Shown: positions 39,005 through 48,151, counted from the stretch's first letter. The stretch is 64,000 nt of DNA from Candidatus Peribacter sp. (GCA_018652955.1 JABIBA010000013.1:232121-296120); one strand, 5' to 3'. The notes: generated from the sequence alone by a model not told the origin. Made by a program: numbers and translations.

Positions 39005-41191
39005 TAGTTGCTCATCGGACGCATCTGTAATTACGTCGACTGATCCAAACTTCTGTAGGAGTTCTTTTTTGGTTTTCTCGCCGATACCATCGACTTCATC
39101 GAGTGCAGAACCGACCATTGTTTTTGCGATGCGTTTTTCTCTGTGGGCATTGGCAAACCTGTGCGCTTCGTTACGTAGTCTTTGGAGTAAGAAACTTGCT
39201 TGAGAATTGCTTGGAAGATCTACTGGGAAACTTTCCCCTGGCAAAAACACTTCTTCTTCACGTTTTGCGAGACCTATAACAGGGATATCAAGCTTTAGAT
39301 CTTTAAGCACTTCTACCACTGTGCTGAGTTGCCCCTTACCTCCATCAATAACTAGAAGATCCGGTCTTGATTTGAGAGAAAAGTCTTCTGTTGTTGACCT
39401 TCTGTGTAACACTGCTTTTTTACCTGGTTTAAAGTCATCAGGGATTGGCTTTGCAGACTTCGAAAGCCCATGGATAAAAGCAAGATCTTCAGAAATATCG
39501 CACTGTACATACCATTCAAGTTTTCCAGCTTTGTCTTCTAGCATGTCGAGAGCTGCATGTTGCAAATCACGATCTGTTGCGTGAAGAGTGAGCGTTCCGT
39601 AGATCATTTTTCCTTTTGAGGATTTCCTCGCGTCGAGTGTGAGGAGGTCTGCTTCTCCTTTAGAGATAACGATCACTTCTTCTCTCCAATCTTTTGGAAT
39701 TTCGAGGCGATCTTTTTGCGTCTTCGCCCAGAGGTCTCGTTCTTTCTTTTTAAGCCGAGATATACTGATAGATTCATCACGCTTTTCTAGATACTTCAGT
39801 CTTCTGCCTAGTACTTCTTTGAGTGCTTTATAGTCATCGACCTCTCCTTCTTTTACGGTGCGAACCGTAAAGGATCGATACTCTTTATTGGCAGGCTTTC
39901 CGTTTTTGATGACGACCATAGAGCCGACAGTTTCTGTTCCTCCGAGGTGTGAGATGTCGTACCCTTCGATACGTTTAAAGGTATTATCAGATCCTAGTAC
40001 TTCCTGAAGCTCTTTGAGGGCAGTGTCTATGTTTTTGGCAGCAGCTTCCCACTTTGCAAACTGCTGCGATACCTTTTGCTTCGCATTACTTTCTGCGAGG
40101 GCGAGTAGCTTAGATTTCTTTCCACGTTCTGGTGCGCGAATCTCCACTTGCCTCTCCTTGATCTGCGCGAGCCATGCTTCGAGCAACTCTTGGTCTTCAA
40201 TCTCTTCTTGAATCAATATCAAATCAGGAATATCTGTTTCGACTGAATAATATTGCGGCATGAGTTCTGCGAGTACAGCACCGATGTTGTCTGCCTCTCC
40301 AGCAAGTGCGATGCTACGCTCTTCTACAAGTCGTCCGTTACGTTCTCGCAGCACAACAACCTGTGCTTTTCCGCTTTGCAATGCGATTCCTATTGCGTCA
40401 GTGTTTTCTCGTGACGTATCAGAAACAACCTGTGGTACATCGAGTGATTCTATATACAAAAGAGTGTCACGGAGCTTTGCTGCTCTTTCGAATTTATTAT
40501 GCTTCGCTGCTGACTCCATCATGTCCTTAAGTGCAACAACTGCGTCAGTGTGATCTCCTTTTAAAAATCTCATTACTGCTTCTACCGATTCGTTGTATTG
40601 TTTTTCGGTAACATCTCCGACACACAGTCCGTTGCATTGTCCGATCTGATACTCGAGACATGCACGTTCTGGTTTTTTGTCGCGATTGAGTGCATCAGTA
40701 GAAAGAGCGCAGGCCCTAAAGCGAAATACGTCGTGCAATGTATTAAGTGTGCGCTTGATATTGTACGCACTGAGGTACGGTCCGAAGTATCTTGCATCAT
40801 CATCTTCCATTTGCCGTACAACACTTAAGACAGGGTAGGCATCTTTTGTGATACGCACATACACATAGTTTTTATCATCTTTCATCAGTACGTTGTATTT
40901 TGGCTTTACCTCTTTGATCATGTTTGTCTCGAGAATAAGAGCCTCCAGTTCGTTCTGGGTTATCGTGACGTCGTAGTCTGTAATGTGTTTTATAAGAGAG
41001 AGCTTCCATGGACCTAGTGCTTTGTCGGGTTCTTTTTGTACGTAACTCTTTAGTCTATTTTTTAAGTTCTTTGCTTTACCAATATAGAGCACATCGCCTT
41101 TGGCATTGAGCCAACGATAGATACCAGAGCTGGTTGGAGCTTTGGCGATCCGCTTACGAAGTTCTTCTAGATGTGTAGAGTTCTCAGGCAT
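38954..41191 (-). CDS. uvrC: excinuclease ABC subunit C with internal insertion
   Basis: GIY-YIG, FERAAKLRD, IEGYDISH, PDLLVIDGGKGQL, RNEAHRFA, HhH. Confidence 0.95.
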   Translation of the reverse strand: MPENSTHLEELRKRIAKAPTSSGIYRWLNAKGDVLYIGKAKNLKNRLKSYVQKEPDKALGPWKLSLIKHITDYDVTITQNELEALILETNMIKEVKPKYNVLMKDDKNYVYVRITKDAYPVLSVVRQMEDDDARYFGPYLSAYNIKRTLNTLHDVFRFRACALSTDALNRDKKPERACLEYQIGQCNGLCVGDVTEKQYNESVEAVMRFLKGDHTDAVVALKDMMESAAKHNKFERAAKLRDTLLYIESLDVPQVVSDTSRENTDAIGIALQSGKAQVVVLRERNGRLVEERSIALAGEADNIGAVLAELMPQYYSVETDIPDLILIQEEIEDQELLEAWLAQIKERQVEIRAPERGKKSKLLALAESNAKQKVSQQFAKWEAAAKNIDTALKELQEVLGSDNTFKRIEGYDISHLGGTETVGSMVVIKNGKPANKEYRSFTVRTVKEGEVDDYKALKEVLGRRLKYLEKRDESISISRLKKKERDLWAKTQKDRLEIPKDWREEVIVISKGEADLLTLDARKSSKGKMIYGTLTLHATDRDLQHAALDMLEDKAGKLEWYVQCDISEDLAFIHGLSKSAKPIPDDFKPGKKAVLHRRSTTEDFSLKSRPDLLVIDGGKGQLSTVVEVLKDLKLDIPVIGLAKREEEVFLPGESFPVDLPSNSQASFLLQRLRNEAHRFANAHREKRIAKTMVGSALDEVDGIGEKTKKELLQKFGSVDVITDASDEQLLQILSAAQLAALRGNL

Positions 41192-41211
41192 TGCACTGGT
41201 ATAGTACCTGC

Positions 41212-42012
41212 ATGTCTCAACCTCTGGTATCCGTACTTATCTTAAACTACAGAAACCCCAATGCGGCGGTTGCTTGCGTCCGTACGTTCCTTGAGCAGAC
41301 TATTGTAGAAAGAATAGAGATTCTGGTTATTGATAATCATTCTGATGATGAGTCTGTCGGAGTGCTTCGTAATCAGATAGGGGACCACCCTCAAGTACGT
41401 ATTATAGAAACACCGGGCAATCACGGGTTTGGTTATGGATATAACAGTGGATCAAAATATGCATCTGGAGAGTATCTGCTTATTAACAATCCGGATAAAA
41501 CCATGCCTCCAGACGGGGTAGAGAAGCTGGTTGAAAGCTTTGAGTCAGATCCTTCTACTGGAATTATCGCGCCAAAGCTTACACATCCCGACGGTTCTTA
41601 CCGCCTCTCTATCAGGCGTTTTCCGCATATTATAGACATAATCTCTCGGAGGAGCATTCTAGGAAAACTCTGTCCAAAATGCCTCAAGCGGTACTTGATG
41701 ATGGATAAGGACATGGATAAGAAGCAGGAGGTAGATTGGGTTGTTGGTGGCTGTTTTATGATCCGTAGAGATGTATTTACCCAGCTTGGCGGGTTTGATG
41801 AGCGGTTCTTCCTCTTTTTTGAGGATACAGATCTCTGCAGGAGGGTCGGTTTGGCTGGGAAAAAAGTGCTGTATGACCCACGTATCGTCGCTGGAGACAA
41901 AAAACGTCGCCTTTCTGGGCAGAGCTTCTTGGATCTATTCTTTAAGAAAACTGGAAGAATCCACATATCGAGCGCCCTAAAGTACTTCTGGAAATGGAGG
42001 GCTAGTACTTGA
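41212..42012 (+). CDS. glycosyltransferase family 2 (WbbL-like)
   Basis: VSVLILNY, DNHSDD, NHGFG, NNPD, GGFDERFFLFFEDTDLC. Confidence 0.9.
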   Translation: MSQPLVSVLILNYRNPNAAVACVRTFLEQTIVERIEILVIDNHSDDESVGVLRNQIGDHPQVRIIETPGNHGFGYGYNSGSKYASGEYLLINNPDKTMPPDGVEKLVESFESDPSTGIIAPKLTHPDGSYRLSIRRFPHIIDIISRRSILGKLCPKCLKRYLMMDKDMDKKQEVDWVVGGCFMIRRDVFTQLGGFDERFFLFFEDTDLCRRVGLAGKKVLYDPRIVAGDKKRRLSGQSFLDLFFKKTGRIHISSALKYFWKWRAST

Positions 42013-42052
42013 CCTCTAATGCACCATACCGTAGCCTTCTCCAGCAAATTCC

Positions 42053-42724
42053 ATGAAAATGCTATCCCTACAAACAGAGGCACGTCCAGAGGCTACCGCT
42101 AAGACTATTCGAGCGGATGGCAAGGTTCCATGTGTTCTCTATGGAAACGATGTAGAGCACACGCAGGTTGCTTGTGACTACAGTGAATTGTACCGAACAT
42201 ACGCAAAGGCTGGTGAGAGCGTACTTGTAGAGCTTGATATTGCTGGAAAGAAAGTCCCTGTGCTCTTCCATGAATTACAGTTTGAGCCCGTTAGTGATGC
42301 GATTGTTCACGTGGATTTCTTTGCTGTAGACATGAAGAAAGAAATCGAAGCTCGTGTTCCATTGCACTTCCTTGGTGAGGCGCCTGCTGTAAAAGAACTT
42401 GGAGGTGTACTTGTTTCTGTTATGGATCACGTATCAGTGAAGTGTCTCCCTACAGCTCTTCCTTCACACCTTGAAGTAAGTATTGAAAAACTAGAAACAT
42501 TTGCAGATTCAGTAATTGTTTCTGACGTTACTACTGCAGATGGAGTAGTTATTACTGATGATCCAGACTCTATGATCGCAACTGTTCAGGAGCCACGTAA
42601 GGATGCAGAGCCAGAGCCTACTGAGGCTGCAGAAGGAGAAGAGACTCCAGCAGGTGAAGATGGTGAAAAGAAAGAAGAAGGTGGCGAAGCTGCTGCTGAA
42701 GGCGGTGAAGACAAGAAGGAATAA
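42053..42724 (+). CDS. rplY: 50S ribosomal protein L25/Ctc
   Basis: GKVPCVLYG, IVHVDFF, VPLHFLGEAPAVK; acidic tail. Confidence 0.95.
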   Translation: MKMLSLQTEARPEATAKTIRADGKVPCVLYGNDVEHTQVACDYSELYRTYAKAGESVLVELDIAGKKVPVLFHELQFEPVSDAIVHVDFFAVDMKKEIEARVPLHFLGEAPAVKELGGVLVSVMDHVSVKCLPTALPSHLEVSIEKLETFADSVIVSDVTTADGVVITDDPDSMIATVQEPRKDAEPEPTEAAEGEETPAGEDGEKKEEGGEAAAEGGEDKKE

Positions 42725-42735
42725 TACATAATCTT

Positions 42736-43776
42736 ATGCTCTCGAAAACACTTTCTGGGCTTATCCTCGTACTCACAATCCTTAGTGGAGTGGTGATCCT
42801 TTCTTCGGTACCGAAGTTTGAAGGAGAGGAAGCCCCTCGTCCTTCTCAGAAAGTTGCAGAGGAACGTCGCCGTCTTACATCTCTTCCTTCAGGGATTCTT
42901 TCTCGGTTTAGCTTGTTTCCGAACTCGCTCAAGAAGCCTATTCCACTTGCGGTCATGATTGAAAATCATGAGCACGCTCGTCCGTATCACATTGGAATCG
43001 ATCAGGCGTTAGTTATTCAGGAGTTCCTGGTTGAAGGATTTATTTCTCGGTTTGTTGCTATCATTGATGCTCGCAATCTTCCAAAGGAAATTGGCCCTGT
43101 TCGCAGCTTGCGTCCATATTTTCTCGACGCGATAAAGCCATGGTCACGCACCGTGTTTCATGCAGGTGGAAGCCCAGAAGCTCTTAAGCGTGTACAAGAA
43201 GGATCAGAGTTTTATGCACTGAACTTACTCTACTTTGATGATAAAAATGGTGAGTATGGTTCATTCCGTAAAGATGGTCCTCCTGCTCCTCATGATTTAT
43301 TTTTGAAGAAGAAAGTCTTTAAGAGTTTTCTTGAAGAAGTCCCAGAGCGATTACTCCAGCAGGTTTCATGGCCTCCATATACAATTGGGATCCCAGATGG
43401 CGGAGAGAATGCGAGTGACATCCGCGTAAACTTCTTTAATGCACTGCACAATGTCTCTTTTGAATACCTTCCCCTCGCACAAAAGTATCAACGAACAAAT
43501 GGAGGTGAGGTAAGCCCTGCACGACCGAACACTATTGCTATCATGGAAGTTCCTATCGATTACATTGGTGAATATGGACGACTATTTATGACGCTAGAGG
43601 GTTCTGGAAATGTGCAGATATTCCACTCTGGAAAAGTATGGGAAGGGCGATGGAGCAGAGGTGTAGATACGCAGAAATTTACGTTTACGAATGCCGATGG
43701 AGAAGAGATTCCATTTAAAGCAGGTCAATTGTGGATGATGGTGTTGCCGACACTAGAGCGAGTCTCGTACGAGTAA
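42736..43776 (+). CDS. DUF3048 (YerB-like) membrane-anchored protein
   Basis: PLAVMIENHEHARP, VEGFISRF, IGPVRSLR, HAGGSP. Confidence 0.85.
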   Translation: MLSKTLSGLILVLTILSGVVILSSVPKFEGEEAPRPSQKVAEERRRLTSLPSGILSRFSLFPNSLKKPIPLAVMIENHEHARPYHIGIDQALVIQEFLVEGFISRFVAIIDARNLPKEIGPVRSLRPYFLDAIKPWSRTVFHAGGSPEALKRVQEGSEFYALNLLYFDDKNGEYGSFRKDGPPAPHDLFLKKKVFKSFLEEVPERLLQQVSWPPYTIGIPDGGENASDIRVNFFNALHNVSFEYLPLAQKYQRTNGGEVSPARPNTIAIMEVPIDYIGEYGRLFMTLEGSGNVQIFHSGKVWEGRWSRGVDTQKFTFTNADGEEIPFKAGQLWMMVLPTLERVSYE

Positions 43777-46149
43777 TTATTCTCGTAGAAAGTTCGGGAG
43801 GATGAGTGGCTCTTTAAGGTCAGGAAGTTTTTCGATGGTCTCTAAATCTTCTAAGGCAACTTTTCCAATGTAGAGTCTCTGCAATGCGTTTCCGTCATCT
43901 ACAAACTTTTGTATAGCGAGCAGTCCTCGAAGATAGACGACGCTTTTGGTAAACCCACCAGCATCAGACGTATCTCCAAGTCCGCGTTTCATGGCAACGC
44001 TTTGTTGTACGGCTTTCTCTGGGGTGCATCCAAGTTCTGTTTCTAGATAGGTCCTTGTTTGCGCTAGGGAATGCTGCAAACTGTACTCTAGTCCAAGAAT
44101 ATTTTTATAGGGGTTGAAGTGTTTTTCGGAGTGAGGACTGAGTACTTCTTGTTCATTGTAGATGGCTAGTCCCTCTTGGGTATCAAGATAATCTGCACAT
44201 CCGCGTCGCAGAATTTGGTAGGATTGGTGACTTCCATTTTCTGATGTAAGCACGTGTGTTTCTATCTCATGTGCAATCAGAGAGGCTATATCACTTTCAC
44301 TAAATATGGCATCTTCACGAATGTATACTTTCTTTCCTCCAACAGTGATGCGAGCAATAAGCTTTGAGCGAACGCTCACCTGCCAATCATGTAACCCGTA
44401 TGCTTCTAGAGCTTTTTCAAAACGTTCTACTGCAGTAGCAGCAGTAAGTACTTCTTTTCCTTGGGGTTTTAGGTCACATGCAGCTCTAGTGGCTAATTTC
44501 TTTTGTGCGACTGTGATGAGTTTGTTTGTCGGCTTTCCAAAGAGTGCAACAGATGCTGCAGTGAACTGCTCGTTATGACCACGGGATTGCAGGAGGGTGA
44601 TACGTTTTAAGAGTTCCTTCCTCTTTTTTTCGAGAAGAGTTCCAAGAGCGGAGTCATCGGTAATCTTTTCGTGGAGTCGTTCTTTTGCATCATCTAAATC
44701 TGAACCAATCTCTGAGTAAGTAAATGTTGGATTGTAGAGCTCATCTTCGAGTAGTCGTTCCATTTCTTCCTCGAGGTTTAGTGGCTTGATGTGCTTAAGA
44801 AGTAGTAGGTCTTTATCAATTTTACTGAGCAGGCGATCGAGTGCTCGTACATCAGTCTTTTTTACCATACTTTTCTTTTCTGTTACCTTCATCTTCTTTG
44901 TTGGATCGATGAGGAATCCATTCAGATCCCTAGAACCAATTATCACTCTATGAGATCCCGTCTCTCCTGACTTCACCAGTGTTTGAATCTTCTTACCTCC
45001 CAGAGAGAATTTTACGCGATATAACCCCTCTGTTTCATCGGGTTCTGCTCCGTGCTTTTCTTGCAGCTCATCGATAAGCTTTTTGCTAAATGTCGTACGC
45101 TCTTCACCGCTATCGATTGTTGCTACAAGTTCAAAGGTAGAACCCTCTCCTAATGTAACTTGGATAGATTCCTCTAGTCCGAGTGTTGGCTTTCCATTTT
45201 CGAGGTCTGCGTCTTTCTTCTTTGTCTTGCTTCCAAATAAGTCCTGTCCGATACGTACTCCTTTTTCGGGTGACTCTACTGTAATTCCTTGCACACGATC
45301 TAGACGTGCCCTTAGAGGAGCAAGGTTTGCTATTTGTACCTGCAAACCAGCTCTTGCATTTACTTCGAGTAGCGCAGGTCCCATCTGTTCATCGATAGCG
45401 ATATCTACTGCGAGATATCCGATATTGGTAATTTGTTGTATCCGAGAACAAATTAACAAGATTTCATCCCAGTAGGGGATGCGGTGGCCTGCTATCTCAC
45501 CTCCGTGTGGTAGCTCTTCTATGATGTTGCGGTATTGCACACCATAGGTTGTTTCTCCTTTGGCAATGTCCAAACCTACTCCTATTCCTCCTAGGTGAAT
45601 ATTAGCCTTTCCGTCACTGTCTGCAGTTGGGATACGCACCATTGCCATCACAGGTACTAGGTTAAAGACAATGATACGAATGTCAGGCAGTCCTACAGGG
45701 CGAAACCGTGCAAAACAGCTATGTGGCTTTAGGATCTGTTCAAAGAAAGCAGTGTCCATCATTCCTTTTAGAGAAAACTTTCCATCGAGGATATCTTCGA
45801 TGTGCTCTCTTAACTCTTGGTCTGTAATTGGAGTTTTTCCATTGCGGAGGAACTCTCCTTTTTTATTACGACCACGCAATACAATAATTCCTTCACCACC
45901 AAATCCATGGTTTGGCTTAAGAACACATTCGTTGGGGAGCTGTGCAAAATCAAATTCCCACACTTGATCACGGTTTTCTATACGCCCGTAGAGCTTGGCT
46001 ACAGGTATGCCACGTGCAGCGAGATAGGCTTTTGTTCGTAGTTTGCTATCGGCTAGAGCTGTAGCTTTTTTCGGATTAAACGGCCTGATGTATAGCAGCG
46101 TGCGCGCATTTAACCCAAGTACGCCGCGATTGGAGAAAAAAGGAAACAT
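43777..46149 (-). CDS. fusion protein: alpha-L-glutamate-ligase-like ATP-grasp + RimB-like retropepsin + DUF1704/MATCAP-like metallocarboxypeptidase
   Basis: LGLNAR, KPNHGFGGEGI, DIRIIV, GKANIHLGG, LEVNARAGL; ATIDSG...IIGSRDLNGFLIDP; HEIETH, QEGLA, KRGL, GGFTK, LYIGKV. Confidence 0.85.
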   Translation of the reverse strand: MFPFFSNRGVLGLNARTLLYIRPFNPKKATALADSKLRTKAYLAARGIPVAKLYGRIENRDQVWEFDFAQLPNECVLKPNHGFGGEGIIVLRGRNKKGEFLRNGKTPITDQELREHIEDILDGKFSLKGMMDTAFFEQILKPHSCFARFRPVGLPDIRIIVFNLVPVMAMVRIPTADSDGKANIHLGGIGVGLDIAKGETTYGVQYRNIIEELPHGGEIAGHRIPYWDEILLICSRIQQITNIGYLAVDIAIDEQMGPALLEVNARAGLQVQIANLAPLRARLDRVQGITVESPEKGVRIGQDLFGSKTKKKDADLENGKPTLGLEESIQVTLGEGSTFELVATIDSGEERTTFSKKLIDELQEKHGAEPDETEGLYRVKFSLGGKKIQTLVKSGETGSHRVIIGSRDLNGFLIDPTKKMKVTEKKSMVKKTDVRALDRLLSKIDKDLLLLKHIKPLNLEEEMERLLEDELYNPTFTYSEIGSDLDDAKERLHEKITDDSALGTLLEKKRKELLKRITLLQSRGHNEQFTAASVALFGKPTNKLITVAQKKLATRAACDLKPQGKEVLTAATAVERFEKALEAYGLHDWQVSVRSKLIARITVGGKKVYIREDAIFSESDIASLIAHEIETHVLTSENGSHQSYQILRRGCADYLDTQEGLAIYNEQEVLSPHSEKHFNPYKNILGLEYSLQHSLAQTRTYLETELGCTPEKAVQQSVAMKRGLGDTSDAGGFTKSVVYLRGLLAIQKFVDDGNALQRLYIGKVALEDLETIEKLPDLKEPLILPNFLRE

Positions 46150-46155
46150 GAGATT

Positions 46156-47661
46156 CTATTCTTCTTGCAGGTGCTTAAAGACTTCTTGGAATCTAAAGTA
46201 TTCCACGAGCCGAAGACCTGTCCATTTACCAAGGAAGACATTGATGACTATCGTAATTAAAATCAGTTCAGGGTACGCAAGGATAAGGGATTGCAAGAAT
46301 GAAAGTTGAACGATGTAGACACAGAAGAGTGCAGCCATCACTGTTTCACCAATACCAAAGAGCGCTGCTTTCCAACCTTCCTCTGTTTTTACATTGAGGA
46401 AGCTCTCTGCAAGGGTAGACATAATAAGGAGTACAAAGATAGTGTCTCCAGAAAGTGTAATATCCTGATACGCTCCAATGCCAAGCAATACGAGTAGCGT
46501 TAAGCTCACTACCGTAAGAATAATGGCAACCTTTGGAATATACAGTAGGCGCCAGCGCTTCATTATTTGTCTGGTCGCATATCCTGTAACAAGGATAAAG
46601 ACGAGGAACAGAAGTCCTAGCCCCCACCCCAAAGCCAAGAAGCTTAGAGCAAGGATAGATGGCGTATACAAGCCAAAAGTAGTGATTCCAATGACCTGCT
46701 TAAAGAAGGCCAAGATGGTCGCAATAAGCGGCAACATCAGAAGAAGAATAACTGTCTGAGAAGACACTCCATGTGTCAGCATTGAGTTTACCAGTGACGA
46801 TAGAATGTTCCACGGTCGAATACCTGTTGTGGATTTATCAACAACAAGAAAATCGATATCGCGTTGTGTAAGTTCTACGATAAAGCTGTCGATATCTTCT
46901 GCAGACATGAGCGGGTTCACTGCTTCTTTACGTGTTACTAAAATTTGATGTGGTTGGATAACAGTAAACGGACCACCAGCAGTACGCGCCAATGTGCCGA
47001 GTCCACGGTCTGTAATAAGGACGATCGTTTGGTTGTGAATCGCTTCGAACCTATCAGGGTTTCCTTCGACTGCACGCATGAGTGCTTGTAATCCTTTGAC
47101 TCCTTCGGTCCAAAGCACAACAGCTTCTGCACCGTTGAGTGTCCCACTCTCTTCGCTAAGCATAGCAAAGATAGACTCCTCGACGCCTAAGGGAATTGTA
47201 GATTCTTCTGGTTGTAACAATCGCAAATAGACTCCCGCTTCTGCGGCAGCTACAAGGTGCAGGTTGAGCTTGTCGAGTGGAATAGAGCTATCTGCAATCA
47301 GTACGATTTTCCGATCGTAAACGGTAATAGATCTCGTCGTTTCTGTTACCTCTCTTACTCCATCAATAATTGTAGAAATACTGAGTCGCATAGTTACGAC
47401 ACCTGGTTTGTCGGGAGTGAATACCGCTTCTACAGATCTACTGATTGGCACAGTGCTTTCTCCTCTATACCAAATGTATTGGGTACTGTTCCCGAGTCCG
47501 TGACTTGCAGATGCATCGAGTACGATGGTTCGCCCTACTGGTACTTCGTCGGGTCCTGTAATAATTGCACTGAGCGGTTCTGCAGTTGGAGCCTCCTGTG
47601 CAAATGAGGAGAGGGGAAGTACAAGGAGAAGTGCTGCTATGGTTAACGTTCTAAATTGCAT
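46156..47661 (-). CDS. signal peptide + PKD/Ig-like domain + 7TM (7TM_transglut-like) membrane protein
   Basis: VGRTIVLDASAS...YIW; QVIGITTFGLYTP, LLYIPK, PELIL, GKWTGLRLVEYFRF. Confidence 0.8.
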   Translation of the reverse strand: MQFRTLTIAALLLVLPLSSFAQEAPTAEPLSAIITGPDEVPVGRTIVLDASASHGLGNSTQYIWYRGESTVPISRSVEAVFTPDKPGVVTMRLSISTIIDGVREVTETTRSITVYDRKIVLIADSSIPLDKLNLHLVAAAEAGVYLRLLQPEESTIPLGVEESIFAMLSEESGTLNGAEAVVLWTEGVKGLQALMRAVEGNPDRFEAIHNQTIVLITDRGLGTLARTAGGPFTVIQPHQILVTRKEAVNPLMSAEDIDSFIVELTQRDIDFLVVDKSTTGIRPWNILSSLVNSMLTHGVSSQTVILLLMLPLIATILAFFKQVIGITTFGLYTPSILALSFLALGWGLGLLFLVFILVTGYATRQIMKRWRLLYIPKVAIILTVVSLTLLVLLGIGAYQDITLSGDTIFVLLIMSTLAESFLNVKTEEGWKAALFGIGETVMAALFCVYIVQLSFLQSLILAYPELILITIVINVFLGKWTGLRLVEYFRFQEVFKHLQEE

Positions 47662-47681
47662 AGAGGTGGAGTGTAGGAGAA

Positions 47682-48029
47682 CTACTTTTTGTGCTTTCGC
47701 ATCATCTGAACGCGACCTTTTGCTTGGTGTAGTTCCTTATATTTCTTTAGCTGACCAGTAAGTTTTTCGACACACCGATCAATACCTTCAACGGCATCAG
47801 GCTTTCTGGATTCAGCTCTCAGTACTTTTTTTGGCAATGTTATCGTGACGGATACCTTCATGGCATCACGCTTTTTTTCCGTTTTCCTATTTTCTGCATC
47901 GATGCGTATAAGACTACTTTCATCTTTGATTCTTTTGCAGTACGTAGCCAATTTCCCAACTTTACGTGCTACGACAAGCAGCTCTTTATCGTTGTAGTGG
48001 AATCCTTTCTCGAAATGTTGAATATTCAT
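47682..48029 (-). CDS. hpf: ribosome hibernation factor / ribosome-associated inhibitor (HPF/RaiA)
   Basis: MNIQ..., VTITLPKKVLRAES..., IDRCVEKLTGQLKKYKE. Confidence 0.8.
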   Translation of the reverse strand: MNIQHFEKGFHYNDKELLVVARKVGKLATYCKRIKDESSLIRIDAENRKTEKKRDAMKVSVTITLPKKVLRAESRKPDAVEGIDRCVEKLTGQLKKYKELHQAKGRVQMMRKHKK

Positions 48030-48115
48030 TACAATTAGGGGGAATGAAGCAGAAATACACTCATATCATAGCATGTCTTAGGGGATAGGTAGCAAATTGG
48101 AAATTTAGGCTCAAA

Positions 48116-48126
48116 TCTGCTATAAT
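48116..48126 (+). promoter_or_regulatory. extended -10 promoter TCTGCTATAAT
   Basis: Identical 11-mer at 53243-53253; both followed by N3-TAGA. Confidence 0.65.
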
Positions 48127-48151
48127 AGTTAGAATTTTCAAAAACAAACAT

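Noticed and set aside
39370-39790. Intein in uvrC
   Set aside because: No N-terminal Cys/Ser splice block, no His-Asn terminus and no LAGLIDADG motif
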